A stretch of DNA of 64,000 bases, from positions 55,099,823-55,163,822 of the forward strand of contig NC_068992.1 in the NCBI RefSeq assembly GCF_001194135.2, written 5' to 3'. Shown here one piece after another: positions 1 through 12,589 of the stretch. This DNA is from Octopus bimaculoides (Eukaryota). How positions within the stretch are numbered: position 1 is the first letter of the stretch; each line of letters starts with the position of its first letter. The position numbers and the translations under genes were made by a program. A model generated the notes under the pieces. The model did no database searches. It saw nothing but the letters and a program-made list of their open reading frames with translations, and was not told the origin of the DNA.

Positions 1-614
1 ATGTATGTATGTGTGTGTGAGTGTGTATTGGGTCATCCCATAAATAATGCGGTTTTTTTTATACGTCTTTTAGTTTTCAAAATTAAAATAAAGTTCTTTT
101 TTAATCTAAAATATACTCTCCTTCATTTTCTACAATGCTCTTCCATCTATCTGGTAGACTTGCAAGGTCCCTCTTCCAAAATTCCTTTTTTTTTCTATCT
201 TTTCTATGTTTCCTGCGATCTTTTCATCTCTTCATTTTCCTTTTAAAGTCCTATGGGATATCACGTTTCACTGTGTTACTGGCACTCCTGTCTAGATCTA
301 AAGCTGTCTTAGAGCCATACCACGTTTATTTTGCCAGTATATTTACATTAGTACCAACTCACTTGTGTCATGTTTGCTTTCGTCATCGTCCTCTACATTC
401 GCTCTTTATTCCCAGCCGCTTTTTCCTTCTGACGCCACCAAAATGAACAATGTTATCGTTAAAGGCTTGAAATGGTAATGGATTTTGGGTGATAACTGAC
501 AGGGAAAGTGCATGGCCATGTCCCGTGTGTAAACATTCTATTTGTTCCCTTCTCTTCCTTCTGTTCAATAGATAGATCAAGAGATAGATAGATAGATAGA
601 TTGATAGATAGATG

Positions 615-661
<47 letters not shown>

Positions 662-1014
662 NNNNNNNNNNNNNNNNNNNNNNNNNNNNNNNNNNNNNNN
701 NNNNNNNNNNNNNNNNNNNNNNNNNNNNNNNNNNNNNNNNNNNNNNNNNNNNNNNNNNNNNNNNNNNNNNNNNNNNNNNNNNNNNNNNNNNNNNNNNNNN
801 NNNNNNNNNNNNNNNNNNNNNNNNNNNNNNNNNNNNNNNNNNNNNNNNNNNNNNNNNNNNNNNNNNNNNNNNNNNNNNNNNNNNNNNNNNNNNNNNNNNN
901 NNNNNNNNNNNNNNNNNNNNNNNNNNNNNNNNNNNNNNNNNNNNNNNNNNNNNNNNNNNNNNNNNNNNNNNNNNNNNNNNNNNNNNNNNNNNNNNNNNNN
1001 NNNNNNNNNNNNNN

Positions 1015-1046
<32 letters not shown>

Positions 1047-1094
1047 TATATATGTATATATATGTGTGTAGACTTATATATTCTTGTTACTGAC

Positions 1095-1400
1095 AAGAAA
1101 AGTGTAGTATCACTTTTAAAGTCCTTTTCTACAATCTCTGAATAATTCTTTCTTGTTGATATCCAGAAGGTTTCAATCGATAGTTCTGCAAATTTTGATT
1201 TCAAAGAGATGTCACTCAGTTGGTCATGTTCTGCGGCAGAGAGATAAGTAGTATCGTTAAAATCCAGAAATAATGACGCAGCTATCGATTCATGATTACT
1301 GAGAATCATCGTAAGAGAAAGGAAAATAATGAACCGCGCAATGTAGCTGAGTTAGGTGCTTACACGTTAGTGTCAGAAATATATAGTTATCTAAGTCAGT
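1095..1400 (-). mobile_element. hAT (Buster/Charlie-type) transposase C-terminal remnant, frameshifted
   Basis: Minus-strand translation across frameshifts gives HLTQLHCAVHYFP...EHDQLSDISLKSKFAELSIETFWISTRKNYSEIVEK then LKVILHFS. This resembles the Buster/ZBED8/FAM200-type segment HL..L...F..YFP...LK.KF....L..FW.....YPE....ALK.LLPF before the hAT dimerisation domain. Recognised by motif, not searched. Confidence 0.65.
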
Positions 1401-3432
1401 ATTGCAATTTAGCCCAGGATAAATTACCTACGTTTTCCGAAATATATATATTCTAATTGCCAGTAAGAAAAGAGTCACGAAATAATTTTCCTAGCATTTA
1501 CAACTCAGATAATGCTCATATAATACTTTTACCTTTCCGTTGACGTCTGTGTTCTTATCTAAGTATAATGAAAAGACTCTACACGTTTGAAAGTCTTGAA
1601 AAACGTGATTCTATAACGCATGACATATGTTGAATACGACAATTCATCTTTAATTATTTTTTCCACAGCATCTTGATTTAGTAGCGTTAATTAAATTTCT
1701 TTACAAACTAGAATAATTAACGTGTCTCCAAACTGTCCCAGGTGTCATTAAGTTGTAAATTACTATTAACGAACACTTGTATAAAACTATAAGAAACCTT
1801 TGGAGACTGTTACTTTTATTAATCATTCGCTTATCTGCACATTTATTGCTTTCTCACAGGTGACCGAAGTATTCAATTTTCTTGCCCTTCAAGAGGTTAT
1901 GCTGCTTCTCTAAACAGCTTTTTAATTTGCTTAGAGCAACCGATCTATTAGAAGTAAACTGTTTACAAATAATGCATTTCGAAAACGATGGATCAATATT
2001 TTGATAAAATAAGCCAAATTGCAAGTGTGAGATATCTTATCGACGAACAGTTAACTTTTGTTTCAAAGAAGTCGGTGTTGAGACGACGTTATCTGTACAT
2101 TCGCATCATCAACTTTACTCTCAGTTTTAGGTATTTTAAAGAAAAGTATCCAATATTATCTATTTATTCAAAAGGAAAGATAAAAAATGATTTTGCAGGT
2201 ATTAAAGACAGTTGAACACTTCTAAGATCTAGGCAATGGTAAATATAGAATTTCATGGGCAACTTTTTGTCTGGCATATTCTTAAACTTAAAGACTATAT
2301 AACCTATGCGTCCTGGTCAAAAGTGTCAAAACAAAGATGAAGTTTAATATTTTCTAATAGATTTTTCATAAATAGAAAACGAATGATCTGCTCGATATTT
2401 CAAGTTACAAAGTAAATTTATATTATATTTTATGATAAATGGATGAAATATTATTTCATAATTTCCTCTGTTTGACTTTTCTGATAGCGCAAGGTAACTC
2501 AATATTTTATAAATCTATTGAATTATCATTTAATAAATTACTCATGATGTTGTTTTAAGTGGCAATACGCTGAAGTTCAGGAAGATAACAACTTGTATGT
2601 TTATATTTTCCTGAAATGTTTGCTTAGGTTACATCAGAGGTGAAGGAACGTGAGTACACAAAACATTCTACAGAACAGACAGACCTTGTGTCATAACTCC
2701 TTAAACTTAAATTTGTGTTGCATAACCATTTACTTATTGTCAGCAATAGTAAAATTGCACAATTGTTTGAATCTGTTAGGTTGTCCGGAAAGTTCCGAAA
2801 GTTATTAAGCGAAATCTTTTTACGCCTCATTGAACACACCTGAAACGTAGCACAGTTAAAGCTTTGGCGTTGCTTGAAGTGAAATTGCATCTCTTCTTTG
2901 TTCCTGGCTAAAAATAGATTTATCTTTCATTCCTGATACCCTTTATGACCAACGCGAGTTGAGTGATGCAAAATCGTCGCGTCTTTAATAATCGTGTGAT
3001 CTGTTTCCGTTTAGTAAGTGTTTCAGTGCATACACACAAATATAACCGGGTAAAGATACAGTTGAACCCGAATTATATAATCAAAGCAATTCCTGTCTTT
3101 CTCTGTATTATCCCCCAGCGTGTGCACATAAATCAAATATTGTATTCGCGCACAAGCTGCGTACCATAAATGGATTGCACATGGGTAAATCGCAGTTAGT
3201 AGATCAGCTGTAATTTTGCAGCCTGTAAGTACATCGTGCACCAATAGATCGTGTTTAAATTCATCCCTATGACTTAGAACAAACACATTAAATACATCAA
3301 TAAACATTAATTAAAGTTCTTTATTTTTCGCAAAGTATATGCATCATATTTAGGAAATAAAATTAGTAGTGAGACTATTGTTCACAAATGCACTACGCAT
3401 GTATGTATGTATGTATGTATGTATGTATGTAT

Positions 3433-3670
3433 GCATTCGTGTATGTCATAAGGCCTGCAAATTTAACGGAGGCCTCAAAAGACATATTAATATCCACAAA
3501 GATCAGAACTTAACTGCAGCCCTTGATGGTCCAAATCAGATATGCAATATATGTGGGTGTCTTTTCAAAACATTGTCTGGTTTAAAAAACCACATCAGAT
3601 GCCACGATGGTTCTAAGGTGTAGGTAAAGGAGGTGGTCAAACTCTGCACAAGGAATAAACAACCACCAGG
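3433..3670 (+). mobile_element. 3' end of an RTE-clade LINE with two C2H2-like zinc-finger motifs (5'-truncated)
   Basis: ORF 3369-3623 contains CHKACKFNGGLKRHINIH and CNICGCLFKTLSGLKNHIRCH, then a stop and a short tail. It begins abruptly after an (ATGT)n tract with no splice acceptor and lacks the TGEKP linker of ZNF genes. RTE ORFs commonly end in such fingers. Confidence 0.5.
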
Positions 3671-4018
3671 TATGTCATTATTCAAATTTATTTCAAGATT
3701 TCTTGCCAATAGATAAAGAACCGGATTCTAACCAAGATCCAAGGTTCCTTCATTGAAATNNNNNNNNNNNNNNNNNNNNNNNNNNNNNNNNNNNNNNNNN
3801 NNNNNNNNNNNNNNNNNNNNNNNNNNNNNNNNNNNNNNNNNNNNNNNNNNNNNNNNNNNNNNNNNNNNNNNNNNNNNNNNNNNNNNNNNNNNNNNNNNNN
3901 NNNNNNNNNNNNNNNNNNNNNNNNNNNNNNNNNNNNNNNNNNNNNNNNNNNNNNNNNNNNNNNNNNNNNNNNNNNNNNNNNNNNNNNNNNNNNNNNNNNN
4001 NNNNNNACATATATATAC

Positions 4019-4077
<59 letters not shown>

Positions 4078-5624
4078 AGTATATATCCATATTTCTACTT
4101 AATCGTTAATACACAAAACCAAATGCACCAATTATTATTGGCATCTATATGAATTTATGCACATGTGCGTAGGTAATTTTTGTTACTGAATAATGTAAAT
4201 ATTTATAAGAGTAACTTCAGTTTTGCTGAAAAATAATTCAACTTGACAGAAGATTTATCGAAGTAAAATAACATACACAAAGATAACATTTTGTGTAGTT
4301 TTGATAAATTTTGGATCTACTAAAATCGTATAAACATTAAATGCAGCTGAAAAAAAACCCTTTAACAACCGATAACAACGTTTAGCAAAGTGTTGAAAGG
4401 AATTCGATATGCAGAATATTCAAATGAGCATTATTGTATATATAAATAAATTTTGTGTATTTGTAGTTGATTGACATGAGCAACACAGAAGATTTATTGA
4501 AGTGAGAGTTAGTGACACAGACATCGAAAACATCCTGAAAAAATCTGCGTGCATGCAAAATATCAGTTCAGTCGTCTTTCTGTGTGTATGTGTGTGCGTC
4601 TGTATTTCTCTTTGCTGTTATTTAACTTTGGCTTGACCAAGTTTATGCACATCGTAAGCGTTCTGTTTGGTGTTCTAATAAGAAGGAATTATTCTTATTA
4701 AATTGGTGTTCGGAGCTGACGGAGCGACATTACTCAGAAATGAATGCACCCCAAGATGCACTGATTTGTAGCTCAATGTGTTTTGACACGGGTCATCTTG
4801 AAGAAGAAATTTCTCCTCAGACTATTTCTGCAATGAAAGGTCGTTTCATGCTCGTGTGTGCTCGGTGTTACAATTTACTTTCTAAAAACTCATATACATA
4901 ATCTGCTCGAATATATATATATATATATATACACTAGAAGGGACTTGAACAATCCTCTTTGGTTTGCTTATGAGAGGGAGCCATAGTTCGGAAAATAGAT
5001 GGTAAATGTTTTTATTTTCATTCCCTTTCGAAATTATCCCTAATTGTGGTGTGGAGTTTTGACTGCTAGTTCTAGAGGATTAGATGTCCTATTATGGACA
5101 TCTCTGATGTGTTTATATATNNNNNNNNNNNNNNNNNNNNNNNNNNNNNNNNNNNNNNNNNNNNNNNNNNNNNNNNNNNNNNNNNNNNNNNNNNNNNNNN
5201 NNNNNNNNNNNNNNNNNNNNNNNNNNNNNNNNNNNNNNNNNNNNNNNNNNNNNNNNNNNNNNNNNNNNNNNNNNNNNNNNNNNNNNNNNNNNNNNNNNNN
5301 NNNNNNNNNNNNNNNNNNNNNNNNNNNNNNNNNNNNNNNNNNNNNNNNNNNNNNNNNNNNNNNNNNNNNNNNNNNNNNNNNNNNNNNNNNNNNNNNNNNN
5401 NNNNNNNNNNNNNNNNNNNNNNNNNNNNNNNNNNNNNNNNNNNNNNNNNNNNNNNNNNNNNNNNNNNNNNNNNNNNNNNNNNNNNNNNNNNNNNNNNNNN
5501 NNNNNNNNNNNNNNNNNNNNNNNNNNNNNNNNNNNNNNNNNNNNNNNNNNNNNNNNNNNNNNNNNNNNNNNNNNNNNNNNNNNNNNNNNNNNNNNNNNNN
5601 NNNNNNNNNNNNNNNNNNNNNNNN

Positions 5625-5681
<57 letters not shown>

Positions 5682-6356
5682 TATGCATATATAAATACAC
5701 AGACATATGTACATATATATATACACACATATTTATGTATGCATATATGTATGCATATACGCTTATACATACGTACGTTTATAAGCATTGGTGTGTGTGT
5801 ATAAACACAGGAATATATAAACGTATATATTTTTATAGGTATACACCGTTACCTATATAATTAACATCCCTCTATTGACATATACTCAAATCTACTATGC
5901 ACTGCGACTCTGTATATGCTTCCATGTGCATACATTTCCATCTTTGTGTAAGCGAGCTTGTATGTGTTATTATAAATACATTTTCGTAATGTGTGTGTGC
6001 GTTTGTGTGCGTGCGTCTGTGTGTGTGTGTGTGTGTGTTTGTTTCTACGTATGCTACTGTGGAGGCGATTGTCTGTTTTCAATTGGATGTGACGTATGTG
6101 GCATTTATGTACGTCTCAATTCATGATCTTTCCACTAAATATTTACTCCCAGTCGTAACATGAACTGTAGATATCAAAATAATGAAATCATCAAATAACT
6201 TACTTAGCAATGACGTCTGTAAGACACAGATACACAAACACAAAAACACGCATAAACACACATATATTCACACACACACACACACGCGCAGTTGTACGGT
6301 CCGCCATACGTTCGATGCCCATGCAAACATACACACGCCGACATATGTATATTTGT

Positions 6357-6389
<33 letters not shown>

Positions 6390-6577
6390 NNNNNNNNNNN
6401 NNNNNNNNNNNNNNNNNNNNNNNNNNNNNNNNNNNNNNNNNNNNNNNNNNNNNNNNNNNNNNNNNNNNNNNNNNNNNNNNNNNNNNNNNNNNNNNNNNNN
6501 NNNNNNNNNNNNNNNNNNNNNNNNNNNNNNNNNNNNNNNNNNNNNNNNNNNNNNNNNNNNNNNNNNNNNNNNNNNNN

Positions 6578-6624
<47 letters not shown>

Positions 6625-7518
6625 TTGTGTGTGTGTGTGCGTGCGTGTGTGTAGTTATATGTATTTATATATGTGTGTGCATGTATATGTGCTAATGTGT
6701 GCATACATATATTAGTACGCATAGAAACCGATAAACTGTATGACATGCACTCATATAAGCGACATACACACACACATACACGCACGCGCGAACACAGTGG
6801 CCTAATATGTAGAGACAGCGTGTCTCTAAGACGTAATTATATGAAAATAGAGAACTAGTTTGTATTCTTCGAACTCACAATATGAACGTTAACTTAATTA
6901 CAGTAAATGGTACGATACCTAGATTAAAGTACATTTTCACATTCATCATATTGGATGAAAAGCCAAAAGTTTGTCATTTCGATTAGAAATATATAGCTGT
7001 CGAACTGTATTTCTTTATGTTTTAATTGGTTTATGTATTTCATTCAAGACATTATAACAAAATGAACAAATTCACCCACTCTCTATTTTGTCATACACAT
7101 CCACACACGTTAGCACACACACGCACATTCACCCACGCACACGTACACATACACACATAATACAACACACATATCTATGTACACATACACATACAAATAT
7201 GCACACATATATATGAGTATATACGTATATGCATATGCATATAAAACCTATCAGTATAGCACACTTAACGTGCGTATGTCGTTCAAAGCCAGAAGCTTCC
7301 GTTTTCGTCGAGGAGAATCTCTTCAATGAAATATTCATTTAAAAACCATCACTATACACTTCAGAGCTAGGCGAAACGAAATCGTCCCAGAAATAAATAC
7401 TAGAGTGCCTGGTGAGTATTTCAGCGTAGATGCGGTTTCTCAATGTTATGTATTCGTATCACTCCACAGCAAAATCAAATCACCCAGTTTGAAGTATATT
7501 GAGAGATATTGTATAAAC

Positions 7519-7813
7519 CAGTGCTACTCAAAATGGTGGTCCGCGGAACGGTGCCTGTCCGCGAGCCATCAGCTGCCGGTACGCGGTGAGTTTCCGGAAA
7601 AGAAAGAAACATTATATAATGCTTATGTAATATTGTACTATTTGTTTACAAAATAAATATAAGATAAAAAAATTGTCAACGTTTATTACATTCATTATAT
7701 ATATTGTTTCCGCTCTAAATTGATATTACTAAAAATATTACCGGTCCCTGACACATTGCAAAAAAAAAAAAAAAACTGCCAGAACACCACATCAGATAGT
7801 TTCAGAAGCACTG
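7519..7813. mobile_element. hAT (Buster/Charlie-type) MITE, 295 bp
   Basis: Left end CAGTGCTACTCAAA, right end TTTCAGAAGCACTG (imperfect TIR). Flanked by 8-bp direct repeats GTATAAAC (7511-7518) and GTGTAAAC (7814-7821) with the central TA typical of Buster-type target sites. Confidence 0.75.
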
Positions 7814-8233
7814 GTGTAAACTATTAGTCGGTTTGCTATCGCACCGCAAAAGCACAATAAATATAATAGAAGGCGATCAATAGAAAAAATAACTTCATGA
7901 ATATGAAATACTTAACGCATATGTGTGCAGGTTTATATGCATCTCTTTAGATGTATACATATATTATTATAATGTACACACATACACACTCACATACACA
8001 CACATGCACACACATGTACACACACATACACACAAACAATTATGTGTGTGTATGTGTATATATACATATATATATATGTGTGCGTGTGTATGTGATTTCT
8101 CTCTCACTCTCTCTCAGACACAGCATTAATCGTCTCAGTCACAGTATTCGAATGTTTAATCTGCGAAATCAACCGAAATATTATATACATTATTTACATT
8201 CGACGGATATTTGTCCTCATCTTGTTTGTTGTT

Positions 8234-8280
8234 AAGACAACGTTTCGGCTGATATACCCTTCAGCCTTCATCAGGTGTCT
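8234..8280 (-). ncRNA. Minimal type I hammerhead ribozyme motif of Penelope-like-element type
   Basis: Minus strand reads GACAC CTGATGA A GGCTGA-agggtata-TCAGCC GAAA CGT T GTCTT. It has the conserved core, a 6-bp stem II, a palindromic ACGT stem III (dimer type) and stem I GACAC/GTCTT with one mismatch. Confidence 0.6.
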
Positions 8281-8779
8281 TGGGGAAATTTCGAACCTGT
8301 CTTGATATTAACGTCTTGATATTAAACACATAAAACATTATCAATACCTTAAAATTTTTTGAGCATTCAAAACCAACAGACGAATATTCTAACTTCTTTT
8401 GTCAGTCGACTGCTCTATTTATATATCTATGACCACGTGATCCATCGTCACCTTACTTTCTTTTGATAGTAGCACAAACTTCGAGGAATATTTCTCTACT
8501 CTTTCTAAAAATTATTAATGTTAACACCTCTCCCAAGATAATTAGAATTAATACTGTGCTGTTAATCTAACGAAAAATTTCCGTTAATTAAGAATACAAA
8601 TAGTAAACACCGATGATTAATGGAAGGTCAATGTCTTTATAGTTATTCCATTCCGTGTTTGCGTTTACAAAGTTGATTATGACATAATTCAATATTACTT
8701 CACTCTAATCTAGCTTATCGTCAAATATCCACGAACCTCAGATACTATCGTATGTCTGTCGTTTTATTCTTCTTCTTGA

Positions 8780-8841
<62 letters not shown>

Positions 8842-8909
8842 TTTTGGTGTTGTTCTCATCACCATCATCATCATCATCATCATCATCATTATCATCATCA
8901 TCATCATCA

Positions 8910-8974
<65 letters not shown>

Positions 8975-8987
8975 GTTATCATTATTA
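8780..8987. repeat. Compound trinucleotide microsatellite (CTA)n-(CAT)n-(TAT)n
   Basis: Directly visible; it explains the poly-L/H/Y/S/I/M ORFs. Confidence 0.95.
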
Positions 8988-9629
8988 TGCGTGTTTCAAG
9001 GGGTGGACACTCATTCATGGTTCGTAAGTTATCTTTAAAATTTGTCGTTTTATTAGTTTGTATTCCAAATTTTGTTGAACTGTTAACTAAATAACCCAGC
9101 TCGCTGTGAGCAAGGCCAATTTGTGTGCCGACATTTTCAATTTTAAGGTCAGATTTTGAAATATAAAATTTCAAATTTGATACTTTAAAACAAAAATTAT
9201 CAATGCGTCTTCCCAAAGAGAGTGAAGTGATAGCTGTTAGAATAGCCACTATAATATTGTTTTCTCACCACTCGCTGATGTGGTCTAAAAGCGAAGCAAA
9301 GGCAGCAGCAGCAACAATAACAGCAGTTACAACAACGACATCAACAGAAGCAGCAACAGCAGCAACGCAAGCACGGCCTCCATCAGCGTGGTAGGTCATG
9401 GGGTGGGTGGCAAACGATAATGTCTGATGGGAGTGGGGTGATGATAATAGAGAGAGAAGGGATACAGATGGCTAAAAATGCTTATTTTGATTGTCATCCT
9501 AAAGGGGAAGAAAAAGTGAGCTGTTGCAAAGAATACCTCTGAAGGGATTATGGGTAGGATATAAATTGAAAGAGTAAGTTTTTACCCTAGTTTACTTATA
9601 TCGTTGAAGCAAAACGTAAATATATACGT

Positions 9630-10490
9630 ATATAAATGCGAGAAATAAATTTCATATATAACTAAAAAAAAAGGGGATAAACTTAATATATAAGAATATA
9701 AGGTAACAACATAAACCGAATTTTATGAAAAAAATTAAAAATTATGAACTGCTACCAAATGTTTATGCTATATAAACTTTAAAAAATATAAGGAAATAAA
9801 AGTAGAAATAAAAATATAACCAAATATAGAAGTAAAATTTTTTTTAAATATTTTAAATATATAAAGGATATATACAAAGGTATGAAAATATAAAACATGA
9901 TAAATTTATAATTTTAGGTTCACAGTATACAGTGGGATATATGAAGAAAAAAAAACTGAAAGTATTAATAAAACATATAAAAACTATGAAAAATATATGA
10001 AGAGTATATAAAAACTTAAGATATAAGTATAAGTATACAAAATATAAGATTTATAAAATATATAAGGATATATAATAAAATATCTAAGAGATGAATTATA
10101 CTGAAAGCTATAACGAAATATGAAAATAGTTATACTAAAAATATTCTTTCTTTAAAAAAAGAAATTACAAAAGTAGGCTAATAAAAGATGCTAAACTAAG
10201 ATATATAAAAAGGAAATAAAGCAATATGAAATGAAAATAAAGAATATATTATAATGGAATTGCTATATGAATAATTATAATTAGAATATTAATTAATTAT
10301 TAATCATAGATGGAAAAAGGCAAAAGTGCACCGGGTTGTAACAGAGATCAAATGGAATTATAATTATCATTAGAAATAGGTTAAGAAAGTATATTTAAAA
10401 TACAACGAATAGCAAAGATTGAGGTATGATAGTAACAGATCATAGAGTGTATATCTTATAATTAGGGCAGATTCGAAATTTAAGCACTCT
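9630..10490 (+). repeat. Left arm of a long, very AT-rich inverted repeat (partner ~12590-13390)
   Basis: 9912-9940 matches the reverse complement of 13054-13082 at 28/29 nt; 10374-10465 matches the reverse complement of 12607-12698 at 85/92 nt. The intervening sequence is collinear by eye. Confidence 0.9.
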
Positions 10491-10857
10491 TTAGGTAATA
10501 GCAAATTAATTCCTAGTAACAATTCTAGGAACCGTCTGTATGTAAATATCAATAATGATAGTAATGATAGTAATGATAACCCAGATTTAGCCAGTAACAA
10601 TATAGATAACATAGTTAATAATAATGAAAATAGTGAACAACTGATGTTTCCTCAGATATTCCATTTGCAACTATTAGACGTTAGTTGCATAACATCTAAT
10701 GATGCATTCCAATATATTAGCGTTAATATAAATTTATGTAATAATACAAATGATAATAACTTGAGAAATAATAACATAACCCTTGATAATGCTTCTAGGA
10801 ATTTGAACAGTAGTACGTGTGATGACACTATGAATACGAATAATAGGATTTGAAATG

Positions 10858-10859
10858 CT

Positions 10860-10901
<42 letters not shown>

Positions 10902-10945
10902 AATAATAATAATAAGAAGAAGAATAAGAAGAAGAAGAAGAAAAA
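10858..10945. repeat. Compound (AAC)n-(AAT)n-(AAG)n microsatellite
   Basis: Directly visible. Confidence 0.95.
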
Positions 10946-11035
10946 AAATGCTTTCTAATTGATGTATCAATACCAGCAGATGACAACGTTTCTCGAAAAG
11001 AAATGGAAAAACTTTCAAAATACAANNNNNNNNNN

Positions 11036-11068
<33 letters not shown>

Positions 11069-11418
11069 ACATACACACACATACACACACACACGCACAC
11101 ACACACACATATATATACATAGACAGATGCGCGCGTGTGTGTATAGTTACATTCACACATAAACATACATACATATACATATGTACATATACAATGAATA
11201 AATAGCAACAGATGGATAATATGTCAATTCACTACAGCAGCATTCAACGAATTCTTAATTACTCGATTAGTGGAAACATTGCATCGTTTTCATCAGGTGA
11301 ATACATGAACCACTAGATTTAAGCACATTAAAAAACCAACGTGATGTGCATCTTCATGATTCTATGACCCGATCCGGTGCTTCACTATTTACGAACCTGA
11401 TTCACTTGAATCCCGATC

Positions 11419-11481
<63 letters not shown>

Positions 11482-11917
11482 CGCAGTTGCAATTGTAAGG
11501 AAAGATCCCTCTGCCCACTATCAGCTCTATGTTTAGCAGGAAATATTATTTATAAATATACAATACTGACAGAAAATAATAACTTTGTATATATAAGGTA
11601 CTCAGAAAATATGAAAAATCTATTCAATAATAACCATTATTCATTCTTTAGATTTACTAATAAAGCTTATAGTACATCATTATCTACGAAAATCCAGGAA
11701 CTTAAAGATAATAATATCGATTTCAGTCTTAAATGAGATTTAGTCCGTAGAGCTCAACCATACACAAATAGCCGATATGGATGTAATCTATGTTGTGTGG
11801 AACTGTATGAAATTTTAAAATATACAGATAAGAACAACTTAATAATAAATTAGATCTTAGACTGTCATGTGTTCATAAGATTACCAGTGCCTTTAAATAA
11901 TTTAGAAGCTGATAATT

Positions 11918-12390
11918 ACTCTTTTACTCTTTTACTTGTTTTAGTCATTTGACTGCGGCCATGCTGGAGCACCGCCTTTAGTCAAGCAAACGAACACCAA
12001 GACTTCTTCTTTGTAAGCCCATTACTTATTCTATCGGTCTCTTTGTCTGAACAGCTAAGTTACGGGGACGTAAACACACCAGCATCGGTCGGTTGTCAAG
12101 TGATGCTGGGGGACAGACACAGACACACAACCCCCCCCCCACATATATGAATATATATATATACATATACATATATACGACGGGCTTCTTTCAGTTTCCG
12201 TCTACCAAATCCACTCACAAGGNNNNNNNNNNGCTTCTTTCAGTTTCCGTCTACCAAATCCACTCACAAGGCATTGGTCGGCCCGAGGCTTTAGTAGAAG
12301 ACACTTGCCCAAGGTGCCACGCAGTGGGACTGAGCCCAGAACCATGTGGTTGGTAAGCAAGCTATTAACCACACAGCCAATCCTGCGTCT
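11918..12390 (-). mobile_element. tRNA-derived SINE family A (CORE-like; resembles octopus OR/OK-type SINEs), near full length
   Basis: Minus strand has a tRNA-like head with A/B-box-like TGGCTGTGTGG...GGGCTCAGTCCC, a MIR/CORE-like ACCTTGGGCAAGT, an internal (AT)n tract and the tail CAGTCAAATGACTAAAACAAGTAAAAGAGTAAAAGAG. The same layout occurs at 26483, 34057 and 37874. Confidence 0.85.
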
Positions 12391-12589
12391 AATTCTTATA
12401 ACATATTTAATATATCATATAATTATTTAATATATCATATAATTTGTTTTGTGATTAAAAACAATTTTTTCTTTAACACCTTTGATCTATTAACTCTTAG
12501 TAATCATGATATATACCTAGCTAATCCCAGTGGTGAATCTATTCCATCACGGTTAATATAAATATACTATTTTTTTCCTAACGTGTCCT

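Noticed and set aside
3369-3623. C2H2 zinc-finger gene of the expanded cephalopod ZNF type
   Set aside because: Only two imperfect fingers, no TGEKP linker, no splice acceptor, and the start lies inside an (ATGT)n tract; better explained as an RTE LINE 3' end.
7335-7392. GAAACG-aaat-CGTC hammerhead-like 3' half
   Set aside because: The 5' core reads CTTCAGA rather than CTGANGA, and stem I does not pair.
8990-9249. Minus-strand ORF with ELGYLVNSSTKF, faintly like a CR1 RT C-terminus
   Set aside because: A single weak motif; insufficient to call.
11285-11300. Isolated CTGATGA on the minus strand (also ~16225, ~31510)
   Set aside because: No properly placed stem II/GAAA.
12185-12275. Direct duplication of ~40 bp inside the SINE
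   Set aside because: The two copies flank a 10-N gap, typical of an unmerged contig overlap.
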